Below are positions 19,640 through 28,438 of a DNA stretch of 60,124 bases, piece by piece. The translations under genes were made by a program, and so were the position numbers. Below the pieces are notes generated by a model. The model had not been told where the DNA came from. It saw only the letters and a program-made list of their open reading frames with translations, and ran no database searches. Within the stretch, counting starts at the first letter, position 1. The number at the start of each line of letters is the position of its first letter. The stretch comes from a virus (Duplodnaviria; Caudoviricetes): positions 1-60,124 of the IMG/VR virus record IMGVR_UViG_3300038552_000146. One strand, 5' to 3'.

Positions 19640-20144
19640 GGTCACGCCTAGAAAGACCAGCCTTGTCAGCCCAGTCCAGATCGAGGAACGAATTGTCTGG
19701 GCTGGAGACCAGATTCTCCGCGATCGCCTGTCCGCGACCAATCTCAAACCCGTACGCCCGAGCGTTTCGATCGATCTCACGGGAAACATCCCGGCCCACC
19801 TCGAATACCGGCGGCTCCACCACGGTCTGAGGCCGGGGCACCGAACCGGCACGACCGGTGCTGTCCCTGATCCCGGCCCGGACCGCTGAGTCCTTGGCCT
19901 CGATCAACTTGTTCAGCGCCGTAGTTAGCTCCGCCGAGTCCGTGAGGATCGCCCGGACCAGCTCCACGGCCGCCGCGTAGAACGGCTGGGAGTAGACCTG
20001 AAGGCCCTGGGGGAGGTGGGAGTATGTCAGCCACTGGAGCGCGGACTGGACGCCCGGGTGACGGCCTACGGTGACGCTCTCGGCGTGCTCGCGCGTACCC
20101 GGGACGCTGGACGGGTCGATCTCGCGATTCCCCACCTTCATCAC
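19632..20144 (-). CDS. Hypothetical protein with Acb2/Tad1-like helical hairpin
   Basis: YSHLPQGLQVYSQPF...ELTTALNKLIEAKDSAVRA. Confidence 0.5.
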   Translation of the reverse strand: MMKVGNREIDPSSVPGTREHAESVTVGRHPGVQSALQWLTYSHLPQGLQVYSQPFYAAAVELVRAILTDSAELTTALNKLIEAKDSAVRAGIRDSTGRAGSVPRPQTVVEPPVFEVGRDVSREIDRNARAYGFEIGRGQAIAENLVSSPDNSFLDLDWADKAGLSRRDHD

Positions 20145-20229
20145 CGTGCGCTCTCCTGGCGCGGCCCGGAGGGTGTGATCGGGCCAGGGTCCGGGCCCGG
20201 ATGTTGTGGGCCGGTCGGATGTGTCTTGG

Positions 20230-20670
20230 TCACTTTGCCGCCTTCCTAGTGGGGACCTTGCGGGCCGCCTTCTTAGTAGCCTTCTTGGCCGCGCGACGCT
20301 CGGGCCGCGTGCCGCTCTCCGCGCGCTCTGCCTCAGCCGCTTCCGCGAACGCCGAAACGGTCAGGTTGATGATCTGTGCCGTACCGGCCAGATCTATCTT
20401 TCGCTCTAGCATCTGGTCATCTAGCCAGTTCGAGTCCGCTGAGTGAACGAGGACGGAATCTATGATCTTGCGCGTGCGTTCCAGAGCCGCCATCACCTGC
20501 TCAGCATTCCAGCCCTGGATATCCGCGTCCTGAAGCTGGTTCAGCGTTCGCTTCCAGACGAGGATCTGTTCCGGCGTAAGCATCCGGACCCACAAGCCTC
20601 TCCCCATGAACTGGATCTCCAGCTCAGGGACCAGAAGAACAGGGGCCTGGTTCTCAGCCCGTTCGGTCAT
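20230..20670 (-). CDS. Tail assembly chaperone
   Basis: Size and position; ERRAAKK motif near the C-terminus. Confidence 0.6.
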   Translation of the reverse strand: MTERAENQAPVLLVPELEIQFMGRGLWVRMLTPEQILVWKRTLNQLQDADIQGWNAEQVMAALERTRKIIDSVLVHSADSNWLDDQMLERKIDLAGTAQIINLTVSAFAEAAEAERAESGTRPERRAAKKATKKAARKVPTRKAAK

Positions 20671-20707
20671 GCTGCCACCGTACCCCAGAGTGACAGGGCG
20701 TTTCGAC

Positions 20708-21124
20708 TCAGCCGATAGTGACCGTGAATCCTTCCTGGGGGGCTACCTCGCGGAGGGCCTGGGCAAGGTACGGCCTCCCCTTGCGCGCCTTCTGGTGGAC
20801 CTGACGCGCGTAGACCACACGGCCATCCACCACGAACCGGAGCCGACCGCCAGGCCGTTTCGCACGGATGGTCAACGCGCGTCGCCCCTCATGGACAGCC
20901 GCCGCGTACTCGGCCGTATAGGCCACACCCCCGATGACCAGCGCGCCGTTGACCCGCGCGAGATCAGGGCGCCCAGACGCACGTAGAGGCCCGTCGTCCA
21001 CCGGGACGAGGATCTGACTCCGGGTGAACGTTCTCCTGACCGCGCGGTTCACGCGTTTACGAGCCTCTTCGATGCCTATGCCTTGGAGCTTAGCCCGATC
21101 AAGCTGGAGCCGGTACGCCACCAT
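20708..21124 (-). CDS. HK97 gp10-like neck/tail-completion protein
   Basis: VPVDDGPLRAS, EYAAAVHEG, RPYLAQAL. Confidence 0.8.
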   Translation of the reverse strand: MVAYRLQLDRAKLQGIGIEEARKRVNRAVRRTFTRSQILVPVDDGPLRASGRPDLARVNGALVIGGVAYTAEYAAAVHEGRRALTIRAKRPGGRLRFVVDGRVVYARQVHQKARKGRPYLAQALREVAPQEGFTVTIG

Positions 21125-21140
21125 GCCGCGAGCATATCGC

Positions 21141-21169
21141 TTGACACGTCCCCGTGATGCCTGTAAAGT
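21141..21169 (+). promoter_or_regulatory. Repeated phage promoter with no ORF downstream
   Basis: TTGACA-cgtccccgtgatgcctg-TAAAGT. Confidence 0.75.
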
Positions 21170-21175
21170 CATCCC

Positions 21176-21356
21176 TGTCGGCGAGGCCCCCGGTGGAGAC
21201 GGTGGCTACACACCCCGGGTAAGTCCCCGCTGACAGCACCACGGCTGACAGGCCATCAGCCGTACCGGGGGGCCCGCGCGATGTCGTGGTGCCGACTGGG
21301 GGATGCAGGAACCGCATCGAAGCGGATCCTTAGCGGAAACCCCCGGGCCTCCCACC
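21176..21356 (+). ncRNA. Candidate ~180-nt structured ncRNA
   Basis: Own promoter; closing stem GAGGCCC/GGGCCTC followed by CCACCA; internal stems acggctga/tcagccgt, gcaccacg/cgtggtgc, gatgc/gcatc. Confidence 0.55.
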
Positions 21357-21404
21357 AAACAAGCTTTTGCCGGTTACATCGAGTCACGCATAGATCTGTG
21401 ACCG

Positions 21405-21434
21405 TTGACACATTCACGCGATGACTGTTAGGTT
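21405..21434 (+). promoter_or_regulatory. Repeated phage promoter with no ORF downstream
   Basis: TTGACA-cattcacgcgatgactg-TTAGGT(T). Confidence 0.65.
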
Positions 21435-21450
21435 CAACAGCAGGAACAGC

Positions 21451-21488
21451 GGCGGCCCCCGGCTGGTTCGACTCCCCCGGGGGCTGCC
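21451..21488 (+). ncRNA. T-loop-capped hairpin (small RNA or terminator)
   Basis: ggcggcccccgg-ctGGTTCGACTCCc-ccgggggctgcc. Confidence 0.4.
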
Positions 21489-21494
21489 TGCCGT

Positions 21495-22040
21495 TTAGGA
21501 AGATACCGGGCCAGACTCGGCACAATCGCACGCGGGCCCCAGGATAGTGACCGGCAAGATACCTCCGACACATCCGCCCTGAACGTCGATCGGTTGCCAG
21601 ACCCCGGGAAGAACCCGACGCGCCCGGCCTTGACGCGCGTCGATGAAACAGCAGATCGCACGCCTCATCGCGGCGGCATCGTCCATCACAGCCTGAACCG
21701 TGGCCTCCCACTCAGCCCCGGTCGGGATCGAGTCCTCATCCCCAGTCGGGGCGCACCGGACCGCGCCCATCTCCAGCGTGACCGCCCATGCCAGCGTGCC
21801 CTTAGGTGGGGGAGCCGCATCCTGAACCGGGAATGCACCGGAGCTGGGATAGAACGCGGAAGGCCGCACCCAAGCCAGGCCCTGGCAACATTCATCCTCG
21901 TACGTGCTCAGAAGGTGAGCCACCACGTTTCCCGCGCGGAGCTGGACGAACTCCGGCGGACTGGCCACCTTGGCTACTTCTTGGTCTAGGCAAGCCAGAA
22001 GCTCCTGAGCAAGCGGCATCACCAGCGGGTCCGCGATCAT
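21495..22040 (-). CDS. Tail terminator / head-tail connector protein
   Basis: CCQGLAWVR, LEMGAVRC, QGGCVGG; position between adaptor and neck genes. Confidence 0.65.
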   Translation of the reverse strand: MIADPLVMPLAQELLACLDQEVAKVASPPEFVQLRAGNVVAHLLSTYEDECCQGLAWVRPSAFYPSSGAFPVQDAAPPPKGTLAWAVTLEMGAVRCAPTGDEDSIPTGAEWEATVQAVMDDAAAMRRAICCFIDARQGRARRVLPGVWQPIDVQGGCVGGILPVTILGPACDCAESGPVSS

Positions 22041-22041
22041 G

Positions 22042-22260
22042 TCAGCCTCTCTCCAGTCGCTCGATCCGGCGCGTACTTTCGATGGCCACGTCAGAGATGT
22101 TCTTGTGCCACTGGCTATGAGCGTCGGCCAGCTTCCTCGCCACTAAAGCGCCACAAATGAAACAAATACAGTTGTCGGTTGAAGCAGGCGACAAGGGTGT
22201 ATCAGCCAGTGGCGGGATGGTGGCAGATTCAACCATCTCACTTCCGCGCATACTTCCCAT
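22042..22260 (-). CDS. Small hypothetical protein (CxxC...H..WH)
   Basis: Fills the gap between two structural genes exactly. Confidence 0.55.
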   Translation of the reverse strand: MGSMRGSEMVESATIPPLADTPLSPASTDNCICFICGALVARKLADAHSQWHKNISDVAIESTRRIERLERG

Positions 22261-22261
22261 G

Positions 22262-23074
22262 TCAACTCCCCGCCGGGACCACGGTCATCCGGTCACACGC
22301 TTCGGGGAGGTCCAGCGAAAGCACGACCGGGGGCCGCTGCCGCTTGCTTGGATTCAGGGCCTGAATCACGTCATCCACCTCACGGATACCGGTCCGCCCG
22401 TCCTCCGGACTCGGCGGCTCCAGCTCCACCTCCACACCCTGGCGGGACAGCCGGGTCATCTTGGTAGGCAGCTTGCACGGACCGCCAGTCAGACTCTTAG
22501 CGTACTCGCACGCCAAGAGCGCGGTTGCCACCTGGAGCGCAAGGGGGAGGGCGAGTCCGTACCCGTACGTCACCACGAACGCACCAGTCTCATCCTCCCC
22601 AGCCGTGAAGTTCTGGCACGTCGGCCAGCACAGGCCATCGATGCGGACCAAGAGGTACGCGCCGCCGGTCACGTCCACGCGGTACGCACTGGCCGGAATG
22701 ACCGTCCCGTCCACCAGCACCTCATCCACGCTGTGGACCGGCCCTCGGAGCACCACGGCGCACGCCTGGTTTCCGCAACAGGCCGAGGAACACCCGGTGT
22801 TGTACCAACGGCCGCCGAACAGGAACGGGCTACCGGGTCGCCCGAGACCGTCATGGCCAGGAAGGACCGCGTACTCCTGGTACGCCACCTCTGGGCCGCG
22901 CGGTTGACCCGGCCGAATCGTCACCGTGCACACGCCGAACCGGCGGCCGGTCGCACCCCAGAGGAACGTAGAGGCCAGCTCCAGCGCAGTCTCCTGGATG
23001 GCCTCGGGGTAGTCCGCCCAACCAGAACACACGCCCAGGGCCACAGGGTCCACGTTCCAGTCGCATGGTGCCAC
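22262..23074 (-). CDS. Head-to-tail adaptor
   Basis: ASTFLWGATGRRFGVC, LACEYAK, LSRQGV, TGIREVDDVIQALNP. Confidence 0.8.
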   Translation of the reverse strand: MAPCDWNVDPVALGVCSGWADYPEAIQETALELASTFLWGATGRRFGVCTVTIRPGQPRGPEVAYQEYAVLPGHDGLGRPGSPFLFGGRWYNTGCSSACCGNQACAVVLRGPVHSVDEVLVDGTVIPASAYRVDVTGGAYLLVRIDGLCWPTCQNFTAGEDETGAFVVTYGYGLALPLALQVATALLACEYAKSLTGGPCKLPTKMTRLSRQGVEVELEPPSPEDGRTGIREVDDVIQALNPSKRQRPPVVLSLDLPEACDRMTVVPAGS

Positions 23075-23140
23075 GGTGGCCTCCTCAGCTTGTCAGTGCT
23101 CAGCGTACAGGGACAGCTTCAAAGTGGCCAGATCCAGAGC

Positions 23141-23169
23141 TTGACACTTCACAGTCATGCCGGTAATGT
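23141..23169 (+). promoter_or_regulatory. Repeated phage promoter
   Basis: TTGACA-cttcacagtcatgccgg-TAATGT, ATG 7 nt downstream. Confidence 0.85.
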
Positions 23170-23176
23170 AGCTCGC

Positions 23177-23392
23177 ATGACAGGGATGAAGCGCAACAAG
23201 ATCATAGACGAAGCGAAACAACTCGTACTGAGCGAAGGTCCGAGCAACATCCTAGAATTCGGCGATGAATACGTTGCCGACAGGCAAAGGGGTGCCAACT
23301 GGACCAATGACGAGGCAAAAGCCATCCTAGAAGAGGCCGTACGCCAGGCCAGGCGAGTTTACAACTTTCTCGGCTATGACCCAGTTTGGTAG
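23177..23392 (+). CDS. Leaderless accessory protein (MTGMKRNKIIDEAK...)
   Basis: C-terminal 71 aa of ORF 22157..23392; bounded by its own promoter and terminator. Confidence 0.75.
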   Translation: MTGMKRNKIIDEAKQLVLSEGPSNILEFGDEYVADRQRGANWTNDEAKAILEEAVRQARRVYNFLGYDPVW

Positions 23393-23406
23393 TAATCACC
23401 ACGGTA

Positions 23407-23460
23407 AGCTACAAAGTGAGGACTCCCGGGAAGATGCCCGGGAGTCCTCACTTTGTAGCT
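23407..23460. terminator. Perfect 24-bp inverted repeat, probable bidirectional terminator
   Basis: agctacaaagtgaggactcccggg-aagatg-cccgggagtcctcactttgtagct between convergent genes. Confidence 0.75.
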
Positions 23461-24151
23461 ACGACGACAAGGACTGGCACCCGCACTCGGGCTCCGGCGG
23501 AGCGAGTTGGGTCCAGATCGGGAGGTGATGCGTGTCGGTCGGGATGGCCGTGAACAGCGGCGAAGGATCGCCGTTCAGGTCCAACACCACGTCGTATGGG
23601 CCGACTCCCCACGGCGTACCCTTGCGCGTGCGGCCGGCGATCGTGAATGTGATCAAGTCGTTGGCCAGCACGATGTCTTCGGTCAGCATCCCCTCGACAA
23701 CCCACGGCAAGAGGTTGTACCCGTAGAACGGAAGCGGGTCACCGGGCAGGCACTCCTCTTCGGAGTTGCCCATCCACATCTCCAGCGCGAAGTTGGCCGT
23801 GGCGAAATCGGACTCCGTGACCGGGAACCCGATGACGCGGCCCTGGTCATCCTCGTACGGGGGCAGCCCGGTCAGGATGGTGAACAACTCCGGATCCACC
23901 TCTTGGAAGACGGCGGACACGTCGTACCAGTTCAGGTCCGGCCGGCCCCTCTCATTGACGATGGCGCGGCCCCGAGCGTTGCGCTGGAGGAACCGTTCAC
24001 CTTCCTCGACGTTCGGGGTTATCGTGACCGACACATACCCGTCCGAGACTCCGTACGCGCACTCCCCATACTCGGAGTTGCCGCACTCGTCCAGCCGGGT
24101 CGCACGAATGGTTTCCCCACGAAGAGGCTTCGCGCACACCAGATTAGCCAT
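23459..24151 (-). CDS. Major tail protein
   Basis: PLRGETIRATRLDECG, VDPELF, FALEMW, YNLLPWV, WGVGPYDV; GAGGT RBS before ATG 24151. Confidence 0.8.
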   Translation of the reverse strand: MANLVCAKPLRGETIRATRLDECGNSEYGECAYGVSDGYVSVTITPNVEEGERFLQRNARGRAIVNERGRPDLNWYDVSAVFQEVDPELFTILTGLPPYEDDQGRVIGFPVTESDFATANFALEMWMGNSEEECLPGDPLPFYGYNLLPWVVEGMLTEDIVLANDLITFTIAGRTRKGTPWGVGPYDVVLDLNGDPSPLFTAIPTDTHHLPIWTQLAPPEPECGCQSLSS

Positions 24152-25272
24152 TACGATCCCACCTCTTCCAGCGGATCGAACTCCGCCCGACCGGCGAAGC
24201 ACTCGAATGCAACCGAATACGCGCGCTCGGCTACCAGAATCACTTCGTTCGAAATCTGATCGAACGAGTTGTAAATCTGAATCTCCGGCGCACGCCACAC
24301 AGCGGTCTGGCCGGTAACAATCACCGACCCAGCCGGATAGGCCCCGAAGGACCAGATCGAACCCAACGGCGTGATCTTGCGCGGACCATCGGGGATGACC
24401 AGGCCTGCTTCAGCGGCGAATGCCGCCACCTCCACCGGCGCGTGAATGTACGCCGCGCCCCCGTAGCCGGTGTCCGTGTAGGCGTAGCGCTCCAATGCGC
24501 CCACCACGTCCGTGATCAGTGCGGGATTGTAACCGGCCGACAGATCACGCGTCTCAAACGAGGCGATGATGCCTGGTCCGGCACCGCTGATCGTAGCGTG
24601 AACACCGCTGGTGAATACCAGGCCGTCATCGGAATACCACGCCGTGGTCTCGTCCTGAGGAACGTCCAGCGTCAGAAGGACGGTACCTCCAGCGCCGTCA
24701 CGAACCTCCAACTTTCCCGCGCCCGAAGCGGCGCCGTTGGTGGACGAAAGGACCGCCGATTTCAGGATCGTCGGGCCAGCTACCGCGAGCCCAGTAGCCG
24801 TGGCCTGGGTAAGCGAAGTATCCGAATCATCCGGGCCGACGATATCCGTAGCCTCGGCATCCAGGCTGAGGATGCCCAGAGAGTTTCCCTCGAAATCGAG
24901 TCCGGACCAGAGCGCGCGTTCTACAGCCGCCTGTTCGGTGAACTCCAGACGGCGGAGAACCTTAGTCCGGAACTCCTCATCCGTGTAGCCAACCGCGCCA
25001 CAGTTCAACGTGGCCAGCACCACGAACACGCCTGAGGAGATCTCTTCGTTGTCCGTGTCCAGTGGCTTGGTCGGCGCAACCACTTCACCGGTGTAGCAAT
25101 TCACGCCGTAGGCGTACGCCTCTCCACACGTGACCGGAACGTACCGGACACCCCCACCCTCCCCGTGCGTGGGGAGGTCAATCGGGCCGGCGGCGGCATC
25201 GAAGAGGCCATACCGGCGGCGCAGTGGTTCCGGTGCCGGGACGATCCGGCCGGGAATCAGGACCATTACCAT
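24151..25272 (-). CDS. Minor capsid protein
   Basis: Follows MCP; RYGLFDAA, EQAAVERALW, TPLGSIW, AERAYSVAFEC. Confidence 0.65.
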   Translation of the reverse strand: MVMVLIPGRIVPAPEPLRRRYGLFDAAAGPIDLPTHGEGGGVRYVPVTCGEAYAYGVNCYTGEVVAPTKPLDTDNEEISSGVFVVLATLNCGAVGYTDEEFRTKVLRRLEFTEQAAVERALWSGLDFEGNSLGILSLDAEATDIVGPDDSDTSLTQATATGLAVAGPTILKSAVLSSTNGAASGAGKLEVRDGAGGTVLLTLDVPQDETTAWYSDDGLVFTSGVHATISGAGPGIIASFETRDLSAGYNPALITDVVGALERYAYTDTGYGGAAYIHAPVEVAAFAAEAGLVIPDGPRKITPLGSIWSFGAYPAGSVIVTGQTAVWRAPEIQIYNSFDQISNEVILVAERAYSVAFECFAGRAEFDPLEEVGS

Positions 25273-25296
25273 TCACCTTCTTTGATACTCGGTCGA

Positions 25297-25330
25297 GCTT
25301 CCAGCCAGACAAGTTGTCTGGCTGGAAGCT
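25297..25330. terminator. Hairpin downstream of major capsid gene
   Basis: agcttccagccagacaa / ttgtctggctggaagct. Confidence 0.6.
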
Positions 25331-25340
25331 GAGAAGGTGA

Positions 25341-27032
25341 TTAGGAGCAGCACGCCGTGATGCCCGCAGGGTTCACGTCGGTCGTGTACAGCCGCGAGTC
25401 CGAACACATCTTCATGGCGCTCAAGCCATCCTCGACGAACAGCGCTGTGAACTGGTTCTGGGTCAGCATCGCGTTGTCGTACACGGTATCGATGTTGATC
25501 ACGTCCTGCTCGCCCTTGACCCAGGTGCCGGCCGGGTACACCAGGAACGTCACCGTGGTCGGGAATGCCGTAGCACTGGCTGAACCACCGAATGCTCCCC
25601 CGGAGAACGCGTCCTGCCAGTCGTAGACGAACTGGACCCGGGCGCCCCTCGTGGTGAACCAGGAGACGATCTGGGCGTCAGGGACGGCCATCTCCGCCAC
25701 ACCCTGACGACGCGCCATCGCGGCCCGGATCGGGCCGATCACCCATGCCGGGAACACAACCTCCACGGTGGAGTTCATGGACATGCGGTTCCGATAGCGC
25801 ATGTCCATGATCGCCAGCTCTACCGCCGCGAGAACGTTGCTCGCGGCATCGTCGGAGCTGGCGGGCTCCGCGATGACGGCGGGGGCAGTGGAGCCGGCCA
25901 CCAGTCGGGCGATCATGGATTCGTTGACCTTATGGGCCAGGGCCGTGATCGCTTCCTGAGTGAACTGGGTCACCGCCTCGGGGTAGCCGCGCTGCTGGAG
26001 CAGGTTCCCGGTCAGGCAGAGGTACGCCACGTCCAGACGAATATCCACGAAGTCGGGGCACGGGACCTCGACACACACCTTCTCGGCGCCGTTCTGGACT
26101 TCGTACTCGGTGAGGATAACGTCCCCGCTGTCTCCGATCAGATCGTAGATCGTAGCGAAGTTCGGGCCACCGTCCTCCGGAATCTGGAAGCCACCCCGAC
26201 TGGCCTGGAGGGTTGGGATGTCCAGCATCCCGTCCATGGTCGACAGGGAGCACAGATCGTACAAGATCTCGGATGGCGCGCACCAACCAACGGCGGCCGT
26301 CAGGGAGCGACCGGCGTCCACCTGGCGTTGGGCGGACTGGGCCAGCGAACCACCGGGGAGGCGGCGTTCATCGCGCACGTGCGCCAGGACCCGGTTCGCG
26401 TCGCCCGGCGCGACGATGCGGAATTCCTCGGGGTACTCCCGCTGGATCGCGGCGATACTGTGCCGGATCATCGACCGGCCGCCGACACGGAACCGGTTGC
26501 CGCCCATCCGGCGCGCGGCCCGGTTGCTGATCCCCTGGCTGGGCCGCCCGTAGCGGCTGAACTGGGTGTCGAGCAGACGCCCCACCTCATTGAAGTCGTT
26601 CAGCTCTCCGCGTACACCGGGCGCGTCGGCGGACGCCACCAGCACACCGACCCGAGGGGGGTTGTTGGGAGCCGGATCCAGGGTGGAGCCGGACGGCGGG
26701 GTCGGCGGGGCGGAGACCGGGGCCGGCTCGGGGGTCGGCGGGGCAGAGACCGGGGCCGGCTCGGGGGTCGGCTCCGGCTCAGTCGGAGCGAGACCAGCGG
26801 ACAGCTCGGCGCGCGCCGTCTGGGCGGCAGCGGCCAGCTCGGTCCGGCGGGTCTCCTCAGCGGTCACACCGGCGAACAGTTCACGGGTCGCCACCAGAGC
26901 CTCAGCACTGGCGCCCTCGTCCTGGAGCGTGGTCTGAGCGTGGGTCCGGACCTGGGCCGCGAACGCGACGAACTCGTCCGCGCTGAGCGCGGTCAGATCG
27001 GCCGGGACCTCGAACGGGAACTCGTATCCCAT
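25341..27032 (-). CDS. Major capsid protein with N-terminal scaffold-like region
   Basis: SLTAAVGWCAPSEILYDLC, KVCVEVPCP, VQFVYDWQ, NQFTALFVEDG; GAAGGA RBS before MGYEFPF; Pro-rich linker with a duplicated PTPEPAPVSAP. Confidence 0.85.
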   Translation of the reverse strand: MGYEFPFEVPADLTALSADEFVAFAAQVRTHAQTTLQDEGASAEALVATRELFAGVTAEETRRTELAAAAQTARAELSAGLAPTEPEPTPEPAPVSAPPTPEPAPVSAPPTPPSGSTLDPAPNNPPRVGVLVASADAPGVRGELNDFNEVGRLLDTQFSRYGRPSQGISNRAARRMGGNRFRVGGRSMIRHSIAAIQREYPEEFRIVAPGDANRVLAHVRDERRLPGGSLAQSAQRQVDAGRSLTAAVGWCAPSEILYDLCSLSTMDGMLDIPTLQASRGGFQIPEDGGPNFATIYDLIGDSGDVILTEYEVQNGAEKVCVEVPCPDFVDIRLDVAYLCLTGNLLQQRGYPEAVTQFTQEAITALAHKVNESMIARLVAGSTAPAVIAEPASSDDAASNVLAAVELAIMDMRYRNRMSMNSTVEVVFPAWVIGPIRAAMARRQGVAEMAVPDAQIVSWFTTRGARVQFVYDWQDAFSGGAFGGSASATAFPTTVTFLVYPAGTWVKGEQDVINIDTVYDNAMLTQNQFTALFVEDGLSAMKMCSDSRLYTTDVNPAGITACCS

Positions 27033-27160
27033 GATAGATGTCCGTCCTTCAGTCGAAAGATCATCGACCTCCGGCCGGACCGAATCCTGACGCCGGTGCG
27101 TCAAGCATGATCGTAGCACCGGAACGGCCAACTCAGTCCGAATGTCCGCCCTCCTGGCGC

Positions 27161-27189
27161 TTGACACCTCACAGTCATGACGGTAACGT
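27161..27189 (+). promoter_or_regulatory. Repeated phage promoter
   Basis: TTGACA-cctcacagtcatgacgg-TAACGT. Confidence 0.85.
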
Positions 27190-27196
27190 AGCTCCC

Positions 27197-27379
27197 ATGA
27201 CGAACACGGACCGGTTGAACAAGATGGTCGAGAGGGCATCAAAGGCCATCAGCGGAGAACAGATGGTCATCAAGGTAGCCGGACGACTCGGTCTTCGGTG
27301 TGACTCGTTCCTCCAAGCCGCTCAGGCACTGGCCCGGGAAAACGTCAGTTTCGAAGAGGTGTGCGAGATCTGTTCGTAA
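27197..27379 (+). CDS. Leaderless accessory protein (MTNTDRLNK...)
   Basis: ATG 7 nt after the -10 box. Confidence 0.7.
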   Translation: MTNTDRLNKMVERASKAISGEQMVIKVAGRLGLRCDSFLQAAQALARENVSFEEVCEICS

Positions 27380-27387
27380 CGAGCCTC

Positions 27388-27416
27388 TTGACACTTCACA
27401 GTCATGGCGGTAATGT
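27388..27416 (+). promoter_or_regulatory. Repeated phage promoter
   Basis: TTGACA-cttcacagtcatggcgg-TAATGT. Confidence 0.85.
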
Positions 27417-27423
27417 ATTGGTC

Positions 27424-27633
27424 ATGGCGCGGTTCAAGAAGATGCGGGACGGACGCTATCTAGAGCCTGAGTCCGGGATCGAGCTGATCAAAGGTATCGA
27501 CGACTCAGACGGGTGGGATCGCATCGAGTGGCAAGTCTGGACCGCGCAGATGGGTGAGTGCATCGGCGTCCGCTCCACCCTGGGAGAAGCCAAGAAACTG
27601 GCCAGGGCAAAGCTTGACACTTCACAGTCATGA
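27424..27633 (+). CDS. Leaderless accessory protein (MARFKKMRDG...)
   Basis: ATG 7 nt after -10; ends inside the next promoter. Confidence 0.7.
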   Translation: MARFKKMRDGRYLEPESGIELIKGIDDSDGWDRIEWQVWTAQMGECIGVRSTLGEAKKLARAKLDTSQS

Positions 27634-27642
27634 CGGTAACGT
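27614..27642 (+). promoter_or_regulatory. Repeated phage promoter
   Basis: TTGACA-cttcacagtcatgacgg-TAACGT. Confidence 0.85.
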
Positions 27643-27691
27643 AGTCCGCGTGAGGGGGACAGGCCCCTAGAACCGGGAAGGACCATCGACA

Positions 27692-28357
27692 ATGATCATG
27701 ACACAGACCGCTTACCGGGGCATTGAGGTTCCGTCGCTGCGCAACTTAAGCGTGATCTCTGGGGAGGGAGAAGACCTCTTGGATCTCGTTCCGGCGGACC
27801 ACGTGGCAGACCTTCGCTCCGAGGGCCAGGCCAACTTCATGGAGACCCTGATCGCAGAAGTGACCGCGCTGGACGCGGAACTCGGCCGTCAGGCCCGCGA
27901 GTACACCGACCGGATGACCGAGGCGGGACGCTGGACCCCGGGCCGCGAGGGCAACGCCAGCGCGTGGATCACCCGGCTTCTGGCCAAGCTGAGCCAGCTC
28001 CGCGCGGCGGTCCGCGCGGCCCGCCCGGTGTCCCCTGCTCCAGCCGTTGAGATCCCGGCGGGCCGGTACGCGATCGAGACGGATGAGGTCCAGTGCTACT
28101 CGATCGAGTACGGCCGTAAGGGCACGCGTTGGGAGGGCTTCCTTTTCCTGAACCGGATCTCCTCAGACAACTTGTTCCCGATCAGGAACCGCGCCGAGAA
28201 GGCCCGCATCTTGGACGCCATCGCGGCGGACGTGACCGCGAGCGCGATTCTGGCTGGGCTCACGCTACGCAAGTGCCGCCGGTGCGGCCGGACGCTGAGC
28301 GACACCAAAAACCCGTTCTTCTCCGTGGCCTTAGGTCCGGAGTGCGGGGCCAAGTAA
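27692..28357 (+). CDS. Protein with C-terminal DUF6011-like zinc ribbon
   Basis: CRRCGRTLSD...LGPECGAK; IPAGRYAI. Confidence 0.7.
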   Translation: MIMTQTAYRGIEVPSLRNLSVISGEGEDLLDLVPADHVADLRSEGQANFMETLIAEVTALDAELGRQAREYTDRMTEAGRWTPGREGNASAWITRLLAKLSQLRAAVRAARPVSPAPAVEIPAGRYAIETDEVQCYSIEYGRKGTRWEGFLFLNRISSDNLFPIRNRAEKARILDAIAADVTASAILAGLTLRKCRRCGRTLSDTKNPFFSVALGPECGAK

Positions 28358-28367
28358 CCAACATGAC

Positions 28368-28401
28368 CGGCCGGGGGACCTCCGATGGAGGTCCCCCGGC
28401 C
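28368..28401 (+). terminator. Terminator-like hairpin
   Basis: ggccgggggacctcc / ggaggtcccccggcc. Confidence 0.6.
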
Positions 28402-28438
28402 ACTGTGTGTGATCCGCAACTTGTTGAAAGGGGCGCCC

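Noticed and set aside
20230-20300. Programmed frameshift in the tail assembly chaperone
   Set aside because: No clear slippery heptamer seen, and two unrelated genes intervene before the second chaperone-like ORF.
21176-21488. tmRNA or standard tRNA
   Set aside because: No T-arm adjacent to the CCA end, no GGGG-start alanyl acceptor and no tag ORF seen; kept only as an unknown ncRNA.
22157-23176. 411-aa + strand ORF
   Set aside because: Antisense shadow of the adaptor gene; only the part from 23177 has promoter support.
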